Shown: one piece after another, positions 52,933 to 64,000 of the stretch
Layout of the letters: each line of letters opens with the position of its first letter
Numbering within the stretch: position 1 is the stretch's first letter
Source of the DNA: Diplonema japonicum
Taxonomy: Eukaryota; Protista; Euglenozoa: Diplonemea
Direction of reading: 5' to 3'
Assembly (NCBI GenBank): GCA_964019335.1
Contig: OZ025729.1
Coordinates: 372,883 to 436,882, forward strand
Length of the DNA: 64,000 nucleotides
The notes under the pieces: generated by a model
Databases searched by the model: none
What the model saw: only the letters and a program-made list of their open reading frames with translations
What the model was told of the DNA's origin: nothing
Made by a program: the position numbers and the translations under genes

Positions 52933-54100
52933 GTTCGCGGGCTCGGCCAGACGTCAAGGATGCCTACTTTTTTTTTTTGAAACTGCAAGACACTTTATGG
53001 GTTTAAAAAATTCGGGTCCACAGTTCTGGTGTTCAGGTGGCCCTTCAGGCCAACCCTGTTGGCCGTAAGTCTTTGTTTGCTCGTCCAGAATCCTTGGTTT
53101 GTTATTGACGCCCGTCCAGTGGGTAGGGTGTTTTGTGGATCGCTAGCTTGATGGGAGCTAAGTGATTTATATCTTCAGTACAAAAGGAAAATACGGGGAA
53201 ATCCCTCCCCCCCCCTGTTTTTTTCTCTTGTCTTTCTTTTTATACGACCATCACTTCTATCTTTTGTATTTTGTAAAATAGTATTTTTAAAAAGGGACGG
53301 GACTGGCACACCCACCCTTTTCAGTTATCTACCACACCTTATGTATGACCCGAGACCCCGCTTTTACCACAAAATGCCGCTCAATACCAGATTTACACAT
53401 TTTATGGTTATGTTTTTTTTTTTTTTTTTAAATTGGCATGTTTTCTGGCACGTGCTTCTTGTGACCCTGCTTTAAGATAGAATAGAGTCTTCTGCAGGAT
53501 AAGTCCAAAAAAAAAAAACAATTTCCCAAAAAAAAAAGTGTTAACATTTATGTCGCGGGGTGAACTCATATTCGCATTTTATATTTATCTCTTTCACGAG
53601 AGTCATGACAACAGGTGAACGATCTTACATCTTTATTGAGTAACCACTATACGAAATATCTACAATCAATGCACATGATGCGTCGGGTATACCTTTCCTT
53701 TTATACTCCTACGAGCATGACATAAGAGCTCCTCTTTTTTTTTTTTTTTTGAAAAGGATAACTGCTTGCTTCTTCCTTTTTCTCTTTTCTTCTTCTTTGA
53801 TACAAGCGGAGCAGGCTGGCAATTCTGGCGATTGATTTGAAGATGACGACTGGTATCCTTCTCGGGTTAGAGAAGAAAGCCGCGTGCCTGCGGTACATCC
53901 TCAAAAGAGTGCAGAGCTCCGCAGAATGGTGAAGGCACGCGCACCGCAAAAAGAAATAGACCGAGTTTCTTTTTTTTTTTTCTTATGATCCCCCCCTCCC
54001 CCTGTCCTTCTTTTTTTTTTGTCCCTCTCTTTCCCCTTTTCTGAATTACATCACCATAATACAAAAAAAAAGGAAAGTTTTTCTTTAAAAAAAAACAAAA

Positions 54101-56575
54101 ATGCCTGTATATGTCCCGTCGAAGGCCATCATCTGCATCTCGACGATTGTGTCGACTCTGATCTCGCTGCTGGCGGGCTACATGCTCTACTTAGAGAGTA
54201 TCTCTGTCCTCCGAGATTCTGTAGACGAGGCGAGTGCGGCAGCGTCGAAGAGTGCCAGGCTGAGGCTTGCCGGTATGTTGCAAGACTCGAAGAAAACAGC
54301 CTACGAAGGAAGCCTTCTGTTCAACAGAAACGACGTTTTCAACGTGTCGAAAGGACTTCGGGTATTCGACGAGGCTTTCCATGTTCAGTACTTTGCCTCG
54401 CTGAAGTCTTCGGATGAGTTCTATGGAGGCGGGTTTACCTTAGCAAAGAGGCGACCAGATTGCCCAACATGCACACAGCCATGGCAAGACCTTGAGGGGT
54501 ACACCAAGGTGTCTGTCTGGTACGACCCCATCTACGACTCACAGGGGAGGGAAGCCAAATACTGGCTCACCGGACGGACCGTTCCCGTAGGCGATAACTT
54601 AGGGGGGGTAAAAGAGTGGCGGAGGGGTTTCCATGCAATCAACAACGACACGGGCGTGCTCGCTAACAGGTCAGAGATGGCAGTTGTGCCGAGCACCCTG
54701 ACCACCACGTGGGCAATCAACGTTGAAAAGGACATCAAGAACATGGAAACCTTCCCCACCAACGGGACATGGTCACCGACTTACTTCTGGAACTCCGTCG
54801 ATGGGTCGCCTTACGCATATAACGCTTTCACCCTCAGGATCGAGCCTCCTTGGGGAAGAGGGCAGTATGTCATCACCGCACTCGTGTGGTTTATGTTCCG
54901 TCCATGGACGTCTGTCATCAGGGAGTTCGAGACTACACACACTGAACTAGTGGCCCTCGACCCATATCTAGACCAGGTTTTCGCGCACACCATCTACGAC
55001 GGGTTGGCTGGTGTCAAACCCGAGTGCTTCACGACTTGCTTCACGTGTGCTGACTTCGCAGGGACAGATTGCGTGGCGCAAAGCAAAGACCTTGGCCAAA
55101 CCGCTGCCGGTGCGGTGAACGCATCGAAGATACGACCTCGCGGGACATTCTTCACCGCAGACCTGCCGTCCACAAACCAGCGCATCCACGTCCAATACGG
55201 GGAATACTACGAACCGCAGGATGTGAACAAAACAAACCCAAAATACAAGAACGACTACTACATTAACTCGAAGTTGGATGGTGGGGAGTACTTCCTACGC
55301 ATGACGCACTTCTACACTGCCGGGCCCACCACTTTCGAGCTTCTCTGGATGCGCTCCGTCGCTTCTGTGAACGAAAAGGTGTTCGTTGCATTGGTCCAGC
55401 TCATCATTGCATCTGTCGTGATCTTCGTGGTTGACATCATAATCGCCGTTCTGGAGGTGACCCTGATCGCCCGCCCGCTGGAGAAGCTTGTCATTGGAAA
55501 CCAGTTCTTGGAAACGATGGATCTTGACGGGGCAGAAGCGCATATGAAAGCAATGTACAAGCCCATTATGGTGAAGGAGGTGGCCCGTGTGACTGATGGG
55601 ATGGTGATTGCGATTATGGGTTTGAGGGAGTACAAGGCGTACCTCCCAAACACCTTGTTCGTTGATGAGTCTGAAGATGATTCGGCGACTGCGTCCAGCC
55701 TGTCGAAAGGGACAGTAGTGACGCCATCGAGGAAGTCGGCACAATCTGCCATGACACGGTCGCGAATGACGCGTGCTGCTGTAGGGGCGCAGAACCTCTC
55801 GATGCACATGCAGAACTACAAAGGTACTATTGTGCGGTTGACCTTTCCGGTACATTTGTTCACGACCTTCCCAGATGGCTTTGGCACGCTTGTCGAGGTG
55901 ATCCAAGAGGCGGTGCAGGCCACGAAAGGTCTTAACCATGGTTTCGCCGTCTGCGACCCCCTTTCCTTCACTCTAACATGGAACATTGGGCTGCGCTGCA
56001 CCGAGGCTATGGGACGCGCCATGACTTCCTGCAGGGCAATCGCCTTATCGGGAAAGATTTCGGAGATAGCAACGCCCATCATGTCGGGAACACAAGGAAC
56101 GTTTCAGGCAGGGAACCTTGGGTCTGCCACTGCAAAGGGTTTCGGGATAAAGGGAAACGCACTTCTGGAGCTAAGGGGTATCGCTGCTGTGGGCGAGATT
56201 GTTATTAGCACACTGCCGAAGCCTTTGATCCTCGTTGGGCCTTTGATCTCAGAGGGGTTGAGCGGGAAGTTCGAACTGAACGCAGTGACGCTACTTAGCA
56301 TGGCGAATGCAAAGAACCCCTTTATTGTGAACGAGGTGGGCAGCGCTGTCGAGGCTAAGGAGGAAGAGTGGATGTACCAGCTGCAGGACGCCACGGCTGT
56401 CAGCGACCCTGTCGCCGCTGCGTTTGCTACGATACAGGCAGATTTTACATCCAGACCTGATGTTAAGATATCCGACCCCACTAACCTTCAGTCCTGGTCC
56501 ATCCAGAACATCCAGAATGGGAACGCAATTATGTCATTTTCAGCAGCGGCCACGTGGTATAAATCAAGCAACTAG
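54101..56575 (+). CDS. Two-TM receptor-type cyclase-like protein, family B copy 2
   Basis: 824-aa ORF paralogous along its length to 35160-37589; EWMYQL motif. Confidence 0.82.
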   Translation: MPVYVPSKAIICISTIVSTLISLLAGYMLYLESISVLRDSVDEASAAASKSARLRLAGMLQDSKKTAYEGSLLFNRNDVFNVSKGLRVFDEAFHVQYFASLKSSDEFYGGGFTLAKRRPDCPTCTQPWQDLEGYTKVSVWYDPIYDSQGREAKYWLTGRTVPVGDNLGGVKEWRRGFHAINNDTGVLANRSEMAVVPSTLTTTWAINVEKDIKNMETFPTNGTWSPTYFWNSVDGSPYAYNAFTLRIEPPWGRGQYVITALVWFMFRPWTSVIREFETTHTELVALDPYLDQVFAHTIYDGLAGVKPECFTTCFTCADFAGTDCVAQSKDLGQTAAGAVNASKIRPRGTFFTADLPSTNQRIHVQYGEYYEPQDVNKTNPKYKNDYYINSKLDGGEYFLRMTHFYTAGPTTFELLWMRSVASVNEKVFVALVQLIIASVVIFVVDIIIAVLEVTLIARPLEKLVIGNQFLETMDLDGAEAHMKAMYKPIMVKEVARVTDGMVIAIMGLREYKAYLPNTLFVDESEDDSATASSLSKGTVVTPSRKSAQSAMTRSRMTRAAVGAQNLSMHMQNYKGTIVRLTFPVHLFTTFPDGFGTLVEVIQEAVQATKGLNHGFAVCDPLSFTLTWNIGLRCTEAMGRAMTSCRAIALSGKISEIATPIMSGTQGTFQAGNLGSATAKGFGIKGNALLELRGIAAVGEIVISTLPKPLILVGPLISEGLSGKFELNAVTLLSMANAKNPFIVNEVGSAVEAKEEEWMYQLQDATAVSDPVAAAFATIQADFTSRPDVKISDPTNLQSWSIQNIQNGNAIMSFSAAATWYKSSN

Positions 56576-56690
56576 AGATCTCTCTTTTCGACCATTCAAA
56601 TCTTTTACGCTTACCCAACCCGCCAGAAGAATAAACACATCTCCCGTTCCTCCCCTCTCCCTCAAATTTTGTTCACTCCACATGGCTTGG

Positions 56691-56761
56691 TGAACCATCC
56701 GGAGCGTTCAGGATGTGAACCATCCGGAGCATTCAGGATGTGAACCATCCGGAGCATTCAG
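56691..56761. repeat. 25-bp tandem repeat, ~2.8 units
   Basis: TGAACCATCCGGAGC(G/A)TTCAGGATG repeated without spacers. Confidence 0.85.
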
Positions 56762-56829
56762 CTTTTTTTATGGAATGAGGTAACCACAGGGAAGCGTTGC
56801 TGAAGGCGAACGGGGCGTCAGGCACGGTC

Positions 56830-57277
56830 CTGACCTTTCATTTGAAGAACGTCCTCAAGTGGCTAAGAGGCCTACGATGTAAGAAGAAAACTTCCGTCAC
56901 GACAATGGAACTCGACTCGCCAGACTAGACTATGAGACCACCTGCCGGTCACTCATAGGTCCCCTCGACGACCAAGACCTGCTCACGGAAAAGGCCGCAA
57001 GGATGCGATGGGTCGCATCCAGAAATGCTCAGCACGTTGTGAAGGTCAGCCTTCCCCGCCAACGCCAAATCAGGGTGCATACCCTTCGACATCTTGGGGG
57101 CCCGACGGCACGCGGCTACGACAGGAGACCACTCTTCTCCTCGAGCCAAACCGCCCCCTACCTAGCACGACTCCAAGCAATGTTTCTCGCCCAGGTGCCG
57201 TCCATCTCATCGTGACAAACAGCCACCGCAGGCACCAGACAGCAACCGCAGAACGGTGACCGGTTAGTGTGAATTTC
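56830..57277 (+). mobile_element. Degenerate 3' fragment of a third LINE of the same lineage
   Basis: Piecewise translation NVLKWLRGL..SVTTMEL..LDYETT..EKAARM..HTLRHLGG..GYDRRPLF matches the C-terminal domain of both other LINEs (KWLGQL..VTTIELALDYE..LRTIGG..GWDRRPL). Confidence 0.7.
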
Positions 57278-59545
57278 TACCTGAACAGTGAGCACCCCCA
57301 TGCACACTGAAATTTATCGAGTTTTTTTACTATTTATCTTCTCACAGGTAAAAACTCTTTTTTACATTTTGAGATAAAACAGCTTGCCAGCGGCCAAAGC
57401 AACGAACAAGAAACGAGGCTCCGAACACCCCACTTGTGAATAGCGAATTGCTGACCTACAAAGCGTGTTTGTTTGCACCTTTTTCTTTTACAAGAATGAA
57501 TGGTAGCGACCAACGGCTTGGCTTGACTTTTTTGCCCCCTTTTTTAAAAGACTTTTTACTATAAACCTTTTTGCATCTTTTCTCGAAAGAAGGGGACGTT
57601 GGTAAGCGGTCCCTTTCGCCATGACATAATACAAAAAGAAAAGAAAAAATAAAAGAAAAATACGGTAAAAGAAGCACTCGCACAAATATTGCAAAACGAA
57701 AAACTCCCGGATGGAAAAATGTCCGAGTTTTTTTGGCGTCCGGGAATCTTTCCTTCCAGGAATTTCTTTTGGCCTGGGCTCAAACGGCAACCGCGCGAAG
57801 AGACCCCCACCGAATCTGGGTTCCTTTTCTGCATCTCTGTCCTCTCTTGCTGGCCATGTGTTTCTTGTCTGTATTATCCTTGGAAGAAGATGCTCGTGTG
57901 TGCCTTACCAACTCTACGAACCCATAGGTCGTATGAGAGTTGTAGTCGTCGACAAGCAGCAGAATCGGCTCGTTCGGGGCAAACCATGAGAATCGATGAT
58001 TTTACAGCAAAAAGGAAGAAGCAGCTCCGTAACCCGGATTCCGAGTAATGATTGGGCGACCATTCGGTGGGCGAGTGCTTGACCGGGCACGACCACGGAT
58101 AATCCTTGCCGGTTGCAAGTTCCGTTTTGCCTTTGTATATAAGTTGCACTAATCCCTAGCCAAGGAAATTAGCATCCTTCGGGGGCTGGAGCTGCTTTCG
58201 GGGGTTCTGGCCTTCTTGGTCCGGTGTAAGGAGTTTATCTCCTCCACCTCCGGAGGGTGAGCTGCCGGGGGTGTCAGCAACCAAAGCCGGGCGACTCACA
58301 AGCCAGCTGCTCAACGTGCCTTGGGAGTCTGCACAAGGAATAAAGCCCTTCCAGGCAACGTGGTGGTTGGAAAAAAAGAAAAGCATGAGCTATGTAAAAG
58401 ATTTCTTCCCAGAAAAACTCCCGGACGTTTTTCCTTCGTTTTAGTATAAAAATTAAGAAATTTACAGTGCTCACATAATTGCTGCCATTTCTTTTTACTT
58501 CTTTTATAAACTTCCTCTCTGCTTTTTTTCTTCCTTTCTTTTCTGCAGTTTTCTTTTCAGTATTTAAAGTGCACAGGCCAACAAATCGAAAGGTCGAAGA
58601 GATGAAGGTGTCCAATAGCTGCTCCGATGCGATGAAGTCACCAGTAGATGTGGTAACCCCCTCTGGCTCAGACTGGGAAAAAAAGCCCACAGTACCGTGA
58701 CTCCGGTCGAGAGATGACACGCGACTACAGGGAACACACCTACCTCACTGCTGACATGAGGCCCGGTCCCACTGCACTCACAGCACTTTGTTAACACTTA
58801 AGTGACTTGCAGGCATCAGGCTGGCTGTGTTCACCCGTACCCCCTTAAAGGCGTGCAACAGTGCTGGACCATATTGCCTTCCTCGTCGCAGACCCGTAGG
58901 TAATAGGCCAGGTCCGCACGGATTCGCGGTTTAGCATTCCCTTCAGCACACACGATCTCTCTCATAAGTGACCCCAAAAGGGATTTCACACACTCAAAGC
59001 GATCGATAATTCAAAAAAAAAAAAAGCTCCCAAGAAGGGCAGTTGAAGCGCAGCACTGGCACGGTTCTGGGCTTCCCCTAAGGGGTCATGCTGCATACAG
59101 ACTGTCGCTGTGAGGTGGCCTTGATTGCTTAAAACCAATGGAACTAGCGAGATTTCTTTCTTTTTCTTTTAAGCCAATGGGGAAGGGGTTGGAGAGGTTC
59201 TTTCTCCGTTATTTGTGAACAAGATAGTGCAAACATGATAATGGTGGCGCAAAAAAAGGGCCCAGATTTGATGCGCGAAAAAAGAGTCTTACACCCCAGA
59301 TTTGATACAAAAGAAAAGCCAGGGGGGCCTGGGGGGGTAGGTAGTGGTAAAGTGGGTTTTTTCAAATTCGGAATGCAGAGTACTGGAGCCGCTTAATCCA
59401 TGTAAACCACCCCTTTCTCGACCAAAAATCGATTCCCGCCGGTTCTTTTCACTTTTGGGCACCTACAAAGCATTATTTTGCATTTTTAAAAAAGGTGACC
59501 ACGGTTTGGTGGTACCTGTTGTCTCCCCTGTATTCCTGAATTTTC

Positions 59546-60226
59546 TGCAGAAGGAGATGCAGTTTTTTACGGCTGTCGTAGCCTTGTTGTAAATATGTTC
59601 TGGTATTTTACAGCTGGTATACAACATTTTGCTATTGTGTATTGCAATAGGAATGATCGTTCAGCTGGTGATCGAGAGGAGGGTTCGTTATGGTTTCATG
59701 GAGGCCCTTGCCATTATGTACTTGTTCGGGGTGGCTTTTCTGTATTTGGACTGGGACACTGCGGCGTCCTACAGAAGCAGGGGGTGGCCTTTATTTGTTC
59801 TGTTGATGGATGCTTGTCTGCTGTTCCGGCTTCCCAAACGAGTTTCCATCGGTCTCATTGTCCTCCTCGTGAGTTGGTTGATAGTCCTTGTTTTCGAGAA
59901 CACCTATCGCTTCGGTCTTATGACGTATCTCATCTCCCTTCACAGGAAGAGTAACTGTGAGATGCTGCCCTGCAGTCTTCCGCTCTCTGCCGCAGGGGTT
60001 TTTTCTGCAGTTTACCGTTTTCTTCCTCGATTTCTACTTCACCCCGTACCTTTGCGCATGATGTTGTTAGCGAAAGCAATCGCCGCCACTGAGGGCATCG
60101 CGACGTCGCTCTCCCGATTCGACCTCACCTCTGCCGAGGAGATCATCTCAACAGCCTCCCTCCCCGCCCCACTCCATGCCGCATTTACCCAGATCCTCAA
60201 CCTCCACATCTACCGTCCCTACCTCC
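59546..60226 (+). pseudogene. Truncated, deletion-riddled copy of the N-terminal half of the 60707 gene
   Basis: Collinear DNA match to ~60767-61487 with many short deletions. Homology stops after YRPYL. Confidence 0.8.
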
Positions 60227-60706
60227 AAAAAGGGCAACATATATGGTGTACCTGTTGCTGTTCTTTCAATTGCGATGCTTGTTTTGCCATGAGGGGGCAG
60301 GCTTTGCAAACCGGTTGCTCCTGGGAAGCGAAAAACAGAGGTCAGAAAAACGTCAAACAATATTTAAAATGCAATTTTATTGCTTAAAATACAGCATCAG
60401 GGTGCTGGATTTCAACCCACTGTTACAGGTACTTAGCGAAAAATATATGGTGTTGCATAGCCCCCGAAAATCTGGTTTTTTGCACCCCATTTTTTTGCTT
60501 TTTTCGAGGGGTTCCAAGGAGATTTTGGTCTAACATGACCTTTTTCGGAAAAGCCGATTCTTAACACTTGCCTGCCCATCAGAGCTTCGACATTGGTATC
60601 TTTGGAGACAAACTTGCATTCATCTGCTGAGGGTTTTCATTTTTTTTTCTTCCCTCATGTAACTTAAAAATTGAAAATTACTCAGGACTTGGCAAGGGGG
60701 GAACAC

Positions 60707-62434
60707 ATGGCACGTTGTTGGCCGCTTTCGCGTGTCTTGCTTCCAACTGACGGGACGTACACAGTGCTGCAGAAGGAGTTGCAGTTTTATGCGGCTCTCT
60801 TTAACATTGTTGTAAATATATACTGGTTTTTGACAGTTGGTACCTGGTACAACATTTTGCTATTGTGCATTGCGGTGGGAATGATCGTTCAGTTGGTGAT
60901 CGAAAGGAGGGTTCGTTATGGTTTCGTAGAGGCCATTATGTACTTGTTCGGGGTGGCTTTTCTGTATTTGGACTGGGACACTGCGGCGTCCTACAAAAGC
61001 AGGGGGTGGCCTTTATTTGTTCTGTTGATTGATACTTGTCTGCTGTTCCGGCTTCACAACCGAGTTTCCATCGGTCTCATTGTCCTCCTCGTGAGTTGGT
61101 TGATAGTCCTTGTTTTCGAGAACACCTATCGCTTCGGTCTTTATGACGTATCAAATCTCCCTTCACAGGAAGATCGGCGAGATGTTGTAACCTGTGAGAT
61201 GCTGCCCTGCAGTCGTCCACTCGCTTTCTCAGCCAAGGAGTTTTTTCTGCAGTTTACCGTTTTCTTCCTCGATTTCTACTTCACCCGTACCTTTGCGCAT
61301 GATGTTGTTAGCGAAAGCAACAAGATGAGCGCGGCAATTGCCGCCACTGAGGACATCGCGACGTCGCTCTCCCGATTCGACCTCACCTCTGCCGATGAGA
61401 TCATCTCAACAGCCTCCCTCCCCGCCCCACTCCATGCCGCATTTACCCAGATCCTCAACAACCTCCACATCTACCGCCCCTACCTCCCTCAGTCCTGCCT
61501 TCAGGACGAGAGGGGTGAGGACGACGACTCTACAGGTTGCGGAGATCCTGTGCCCACCTCCCCGTCGGCGTCTAAGTCGTCGCGTTCCGAAGATGATTTC
61601 AAGGTTCTTGACAAGAAGCGGTCTTCTTTAACGTCACTTGAAAAGAAGCGGTGCACATTGACGGTGACGAACATGCTTGGGTCGCACAAGCAGGCATCGA
61701 AAGACATCGCGGCATACCAGGACAGGTACGGACTCTTCATAGAGGGGCTGCTTGCCTGCTTCTCAAGTGTGAAAGGGGTTGTGGGTGTTGTTCTGGGTGA
61801 CCATGTGCATGCCTCGTTCAACACAGTGAAGAGGTGTGCCTCCCATGAGAAGTGTGCTGTTCAAGGTGCTGTGTCCCTCTGTGCAGCACTGGAGGAGGTG
61901 GGGATTGCTGTTTCGACAGGTGTGGCGAGCGGGGTAGCCTTCTGCGGCTCTCTTGGGTGCTCGGAACTCATGTCTGTTGCAACAATCGGTTCATGCGCTG
62001 TTGCGGCCTCCGCTCTTCAGGAAGTAGCTTCAACAAGAGGAGGCCACAGGGTGGTGTGCAGTGGGAATGTGTACAGCGAATTGTCATTCAGCTTCACAAT
62101 GAGGATCATCTTGGGTAGGGTGCGGGTCGGGGGCACAGAGGCAGTGGAGCTGGCGTACGAGGTCTTGGAGGCAGAGGTCGGGGCTGCGGAAGAGGCGGAG
62201 TGGATGTACCAACTGGAGGAGGGGCCTTGGGACACTTACAACACGGCATCTAAACAGTTCCTTCTTGGGAACGGGACGGAGGCACTTCGTGTCTTGCAGA
62301 TCAGAAATGGCCCCCCCCGCCCTGTTCCAGTGGACACAGCAGAGAAACATTTGGAAGAGTTCATTCTGTCTGGTAGTACTGATCTTGAATTGATGACTTC
62401 GTCCACAGGAGGACATGACGCGCAATTAGCTTGA
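60707..62434 (+). CDS. Multi-TM cyclase-like protein, family A copy 4 (divergent N-terminus)
   Basis: ATG at 60707 (MARCWPLS). Cyclase-like half near-identical to copies 1-3. Confidence 0.8.
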   Translation: MARCWPLSRVLLPTDGTYTVLQKELQFYAALFNIVVNIYWFLTVGTWYNILLLCIAVGMIVQLVIERRVRYGFVEAIMYLFGVAFLYLDWDTAASYKSRGWPLFVLLIDTCLLFRLHNRVSIGLIVLLVSWLIVLVFENTYRFGLYDVSNLPSQEDRRDVVTCEMLPCSRPLAFSAKEFFLQFTVFFLDFYFTRTFAHDVVSESNKMSAAIAATEDIATSLSRFDLTSADEIISTASLPAPLHAAFTQILNNLHIYRPYLPQSCLQDERGEDDDSTGCGDPVPTSPSASKSSRSEDDFKVLDKKRSSLTSLEKKRCTLTVTNMLGSHKQASKDIAAYQDRYGLFIEGLLACFSSVKGVVGVVLGDHVHASFNTVKRCASHEKCAVQGAVSLCAALEEVGIAVSTGVASGVAFCGSLGCSELMSVATIGSCAVAASALQEVASTRGGHRVVCSGNVYSELSFSFTMRIILGRVRVGGTEAVELAYEVLEAEVGAAEEAEWMYQLEEGPWDTYNTASKQFLLGNGTEALRVLQIRNGPPRPVPVDTAEKHLEEFILSGSTDLELMTSSTGGHDAQLA

Positions 62435-62600
62435 GAGGTAAGTTCATGTTGGGAGAAACCCCGTTCAACTATAGAAAAGAACTTTTACCCGTAAAAATAA
62501 AGGGCAATTCATCTTTCTAGATGAAACAGGATAGGTACGGGGGTATACAAGTATATATGATGAGCGCGACTTACCACGAATAATAAAAAGATGGGAAAAA

Positions 62601-62917
62601 CACTGTTCACGGTAAGCAAATAACTTTTTTCCACCGTTTCCTTAAACCTAAATTTTTTTTCCACCAAGTACGGTAACCTGCAACTTTTTTTCCACCAAAT
62701 GCAGTAACCTGCAACTCTTTTTCCACCAAGTACGGTAACCACAACTTTTTTTCCATCGTTACTGTAACCACCAAGTTTTTTCCTTATGCAACTACAAACT
62801 AACTTTAAAAAGTTATGATTACCGTACTTTGTGGAAAAAGAATTCCAAGTTACCGTGAATAGAGATTCTGCTTACAGTACTTGGTGGAAAAAAGTTATTT
62901 GCTTACCGTGAACGGTG
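62601..62917. mobile_element. ~317-bp MITE with ~35-bp TIRs
   Basis: CACTGTTCACGGTAAGCAAATAACTTTTTTCCACC ... GGTGGAAAAAAGTTATTTGCTTACCGTGAACGGTG (1 mismatch). Internal repeats TTTTCCACCAAGTACGGTAACC. Confidence 0.75.
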
Positions 62918-62964
62918 TTTTTCTCTAAAAAGATTTTCAAAAAGAAAAGAAGAAAAGAAGCGAA

Positions 62965-63192
62965 ATGAAACTCACAATGTTCATTCGAACAACTTCAGAG
63001 GTGCACGATGTCACGATAGATGAGGGCCAGACGGTGCGGTGTTGCACGAGAAGGCGGCCGCGCCTTTGGGATGAAACCCGGTTTCTCTTGAAGTACGAGG
63101 GGGCCGAACTGGACGCGGACAGCACCGAAGAGATCCACATGTGGAGGGGTGCGAGATCCTGCTGGAACACAAAACAGAAGTCGTACACATGA
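62965..63192 (+). pseudogene. Possible ubiquitin-like domain fragment
   Basis: MFIRT..VHDVTIDEGQTV and FLLKYEGAEL resemble beta-grasp strands. The middle looks frameshifted. Confidence 0.3.
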
Positions 63193-63488
63193 GTCTTCGC
63201 GAGTTGCATACTGCACAGCCCAAGTGGGGGTCGCCGTGTTCAAACGTGTCGAAGGCGGACTGCGTGGGAGGGTTCCCCTTCATAAACGCTGTGCAAACCC
63301 GCAAACCCGCCCGCAAACCCGCAAAAAAAAAAAAAAAAAAAGAAAAGAAGAGACCCACTCCTTCCTCCCGGGTTTCATTTTTCATCGGTGGACTTGTTGT
63401 GTCACAACTTTTTATTTTTAAGACTTTTTTGAAATTTTTATTTTTGAATTTTTATCATTTGGAGTTACCTCTTCTTCTTCCCCTCTCT

Positions 63489-63672
63489 GGTGTGGGTGTG
63501 TCTGTGCGGGTGTGCGTGTGTCTGCGTCTGTGCCTGTGTACGTGCGTGTGTCTGTGTTGGGTTAATGTCTGTGCGGGTGTGGGTGTGGGTGCGTCTGTGT
63601 GCGTGCGTGTGTCTGCGTCTGTGCCTGTGTGTGCGTGTCTGTGCTGTGTTCGTGTTCGTGTCTGTGCGGGTG
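63489..63672. repeat. Degenerate TG/CG-rich microsatellite
   Basis: GTGTGGGTGTGTCTGTGCGGGTGTGCGTGTGTCTGCG-type low-complexity tract. Confidence 0.8.
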
Positions 63673-63675
63673 CTT

Positions 63676-64000
63676 CCGCAAACCCGCAAACCCGCAAACC
63701 CCGCAAACCCCGCAAACCCGCAAACCCGCAAACCCGCAAACCCGCAAACCCGCAAACCCGCAAACCCGCAAACCCGCAAACCCGCAAACCCGCAAACCCG
63801 CAAACCCGCAAACCCGCAAACCCGCAAACCCGCAAACCCGCAAACCCGCAAACCCGCAAACCCGCAAACCCCACAAACCCGCAAACCCGCAAACCCGCAA
63901 ACCCGCAAACCCGCAAACCCGCAAACCCGCAAACCCGCAAACCCGCAAACCCGCAAACCCGCAAACCCGCAAACCCGCAAACCCGCAAACCCGCAAACCC
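63676..64000. repeat. 8-bp tandem satellite (CCGCAAAC)n running off the window
   Basis: About 40 near-perfect units; a short outlying patch at 63293-63325. Confidence 0.95.

Noticed and set aside
56691-56761. 25-bp repeats with dyad symmetry as a CRISPR array
   Set aside because: No spacers, no cas genes and a eukaryotic context; it is a plain tandem repeat.
63455-63996. Minus-strand RVCGFAGL repeat ORFs
   Set aside because: Translation of the 8-bp satellite.
63676-64000. Telomere
   Set aside because: The unit is not TTAGGG, and the C-rich strand runs toward the right end, opposite to a right telomere.

Overview
Eukaryotic nuclear DNA, most likely from a euglenozoan (diplonemid-like) protist. 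This is inferred from every credible gene lying on the + strand, long poly-T/poly-A spacers, few GT-AG introns and an expanded family of EWMYQL-motif cyclase-like membrane proteins. Host genes: six cyclase-like receptor paralogs plus one pseudogene, a receptor-cyclase/cyclic-nucleotide-gated channel fusion, a USP7-like protease, an Mpo1/PEMT-like fusion, a Rab-like GTPase, YJU2/CWC16, a split casein kinase 1, a PLAC8 protein and a CUB-like surface protein. The most striking structure is the 7,010-bp CK1 intron (21899-28908). It holds a complete U2 snRNA sequence (22149-22339) ending 24 nt before ORF1 of a full-length but decayed non-LTR retrotransposon whose ORF2 reads OTU-APE-RT-zinc finger. 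Other mobile DNA: a VIPER/TATE-like tyrosine-recombinase retrotransposon with split direct repeats, a young 5'-truncated LINE whose last ~40 nt recur as dispersed micro-copies, a LINE relic and several MITE/foldback elements. An 8-bp satellite runs off the window end. All calls come from reading motifs by eye; no searches were run.
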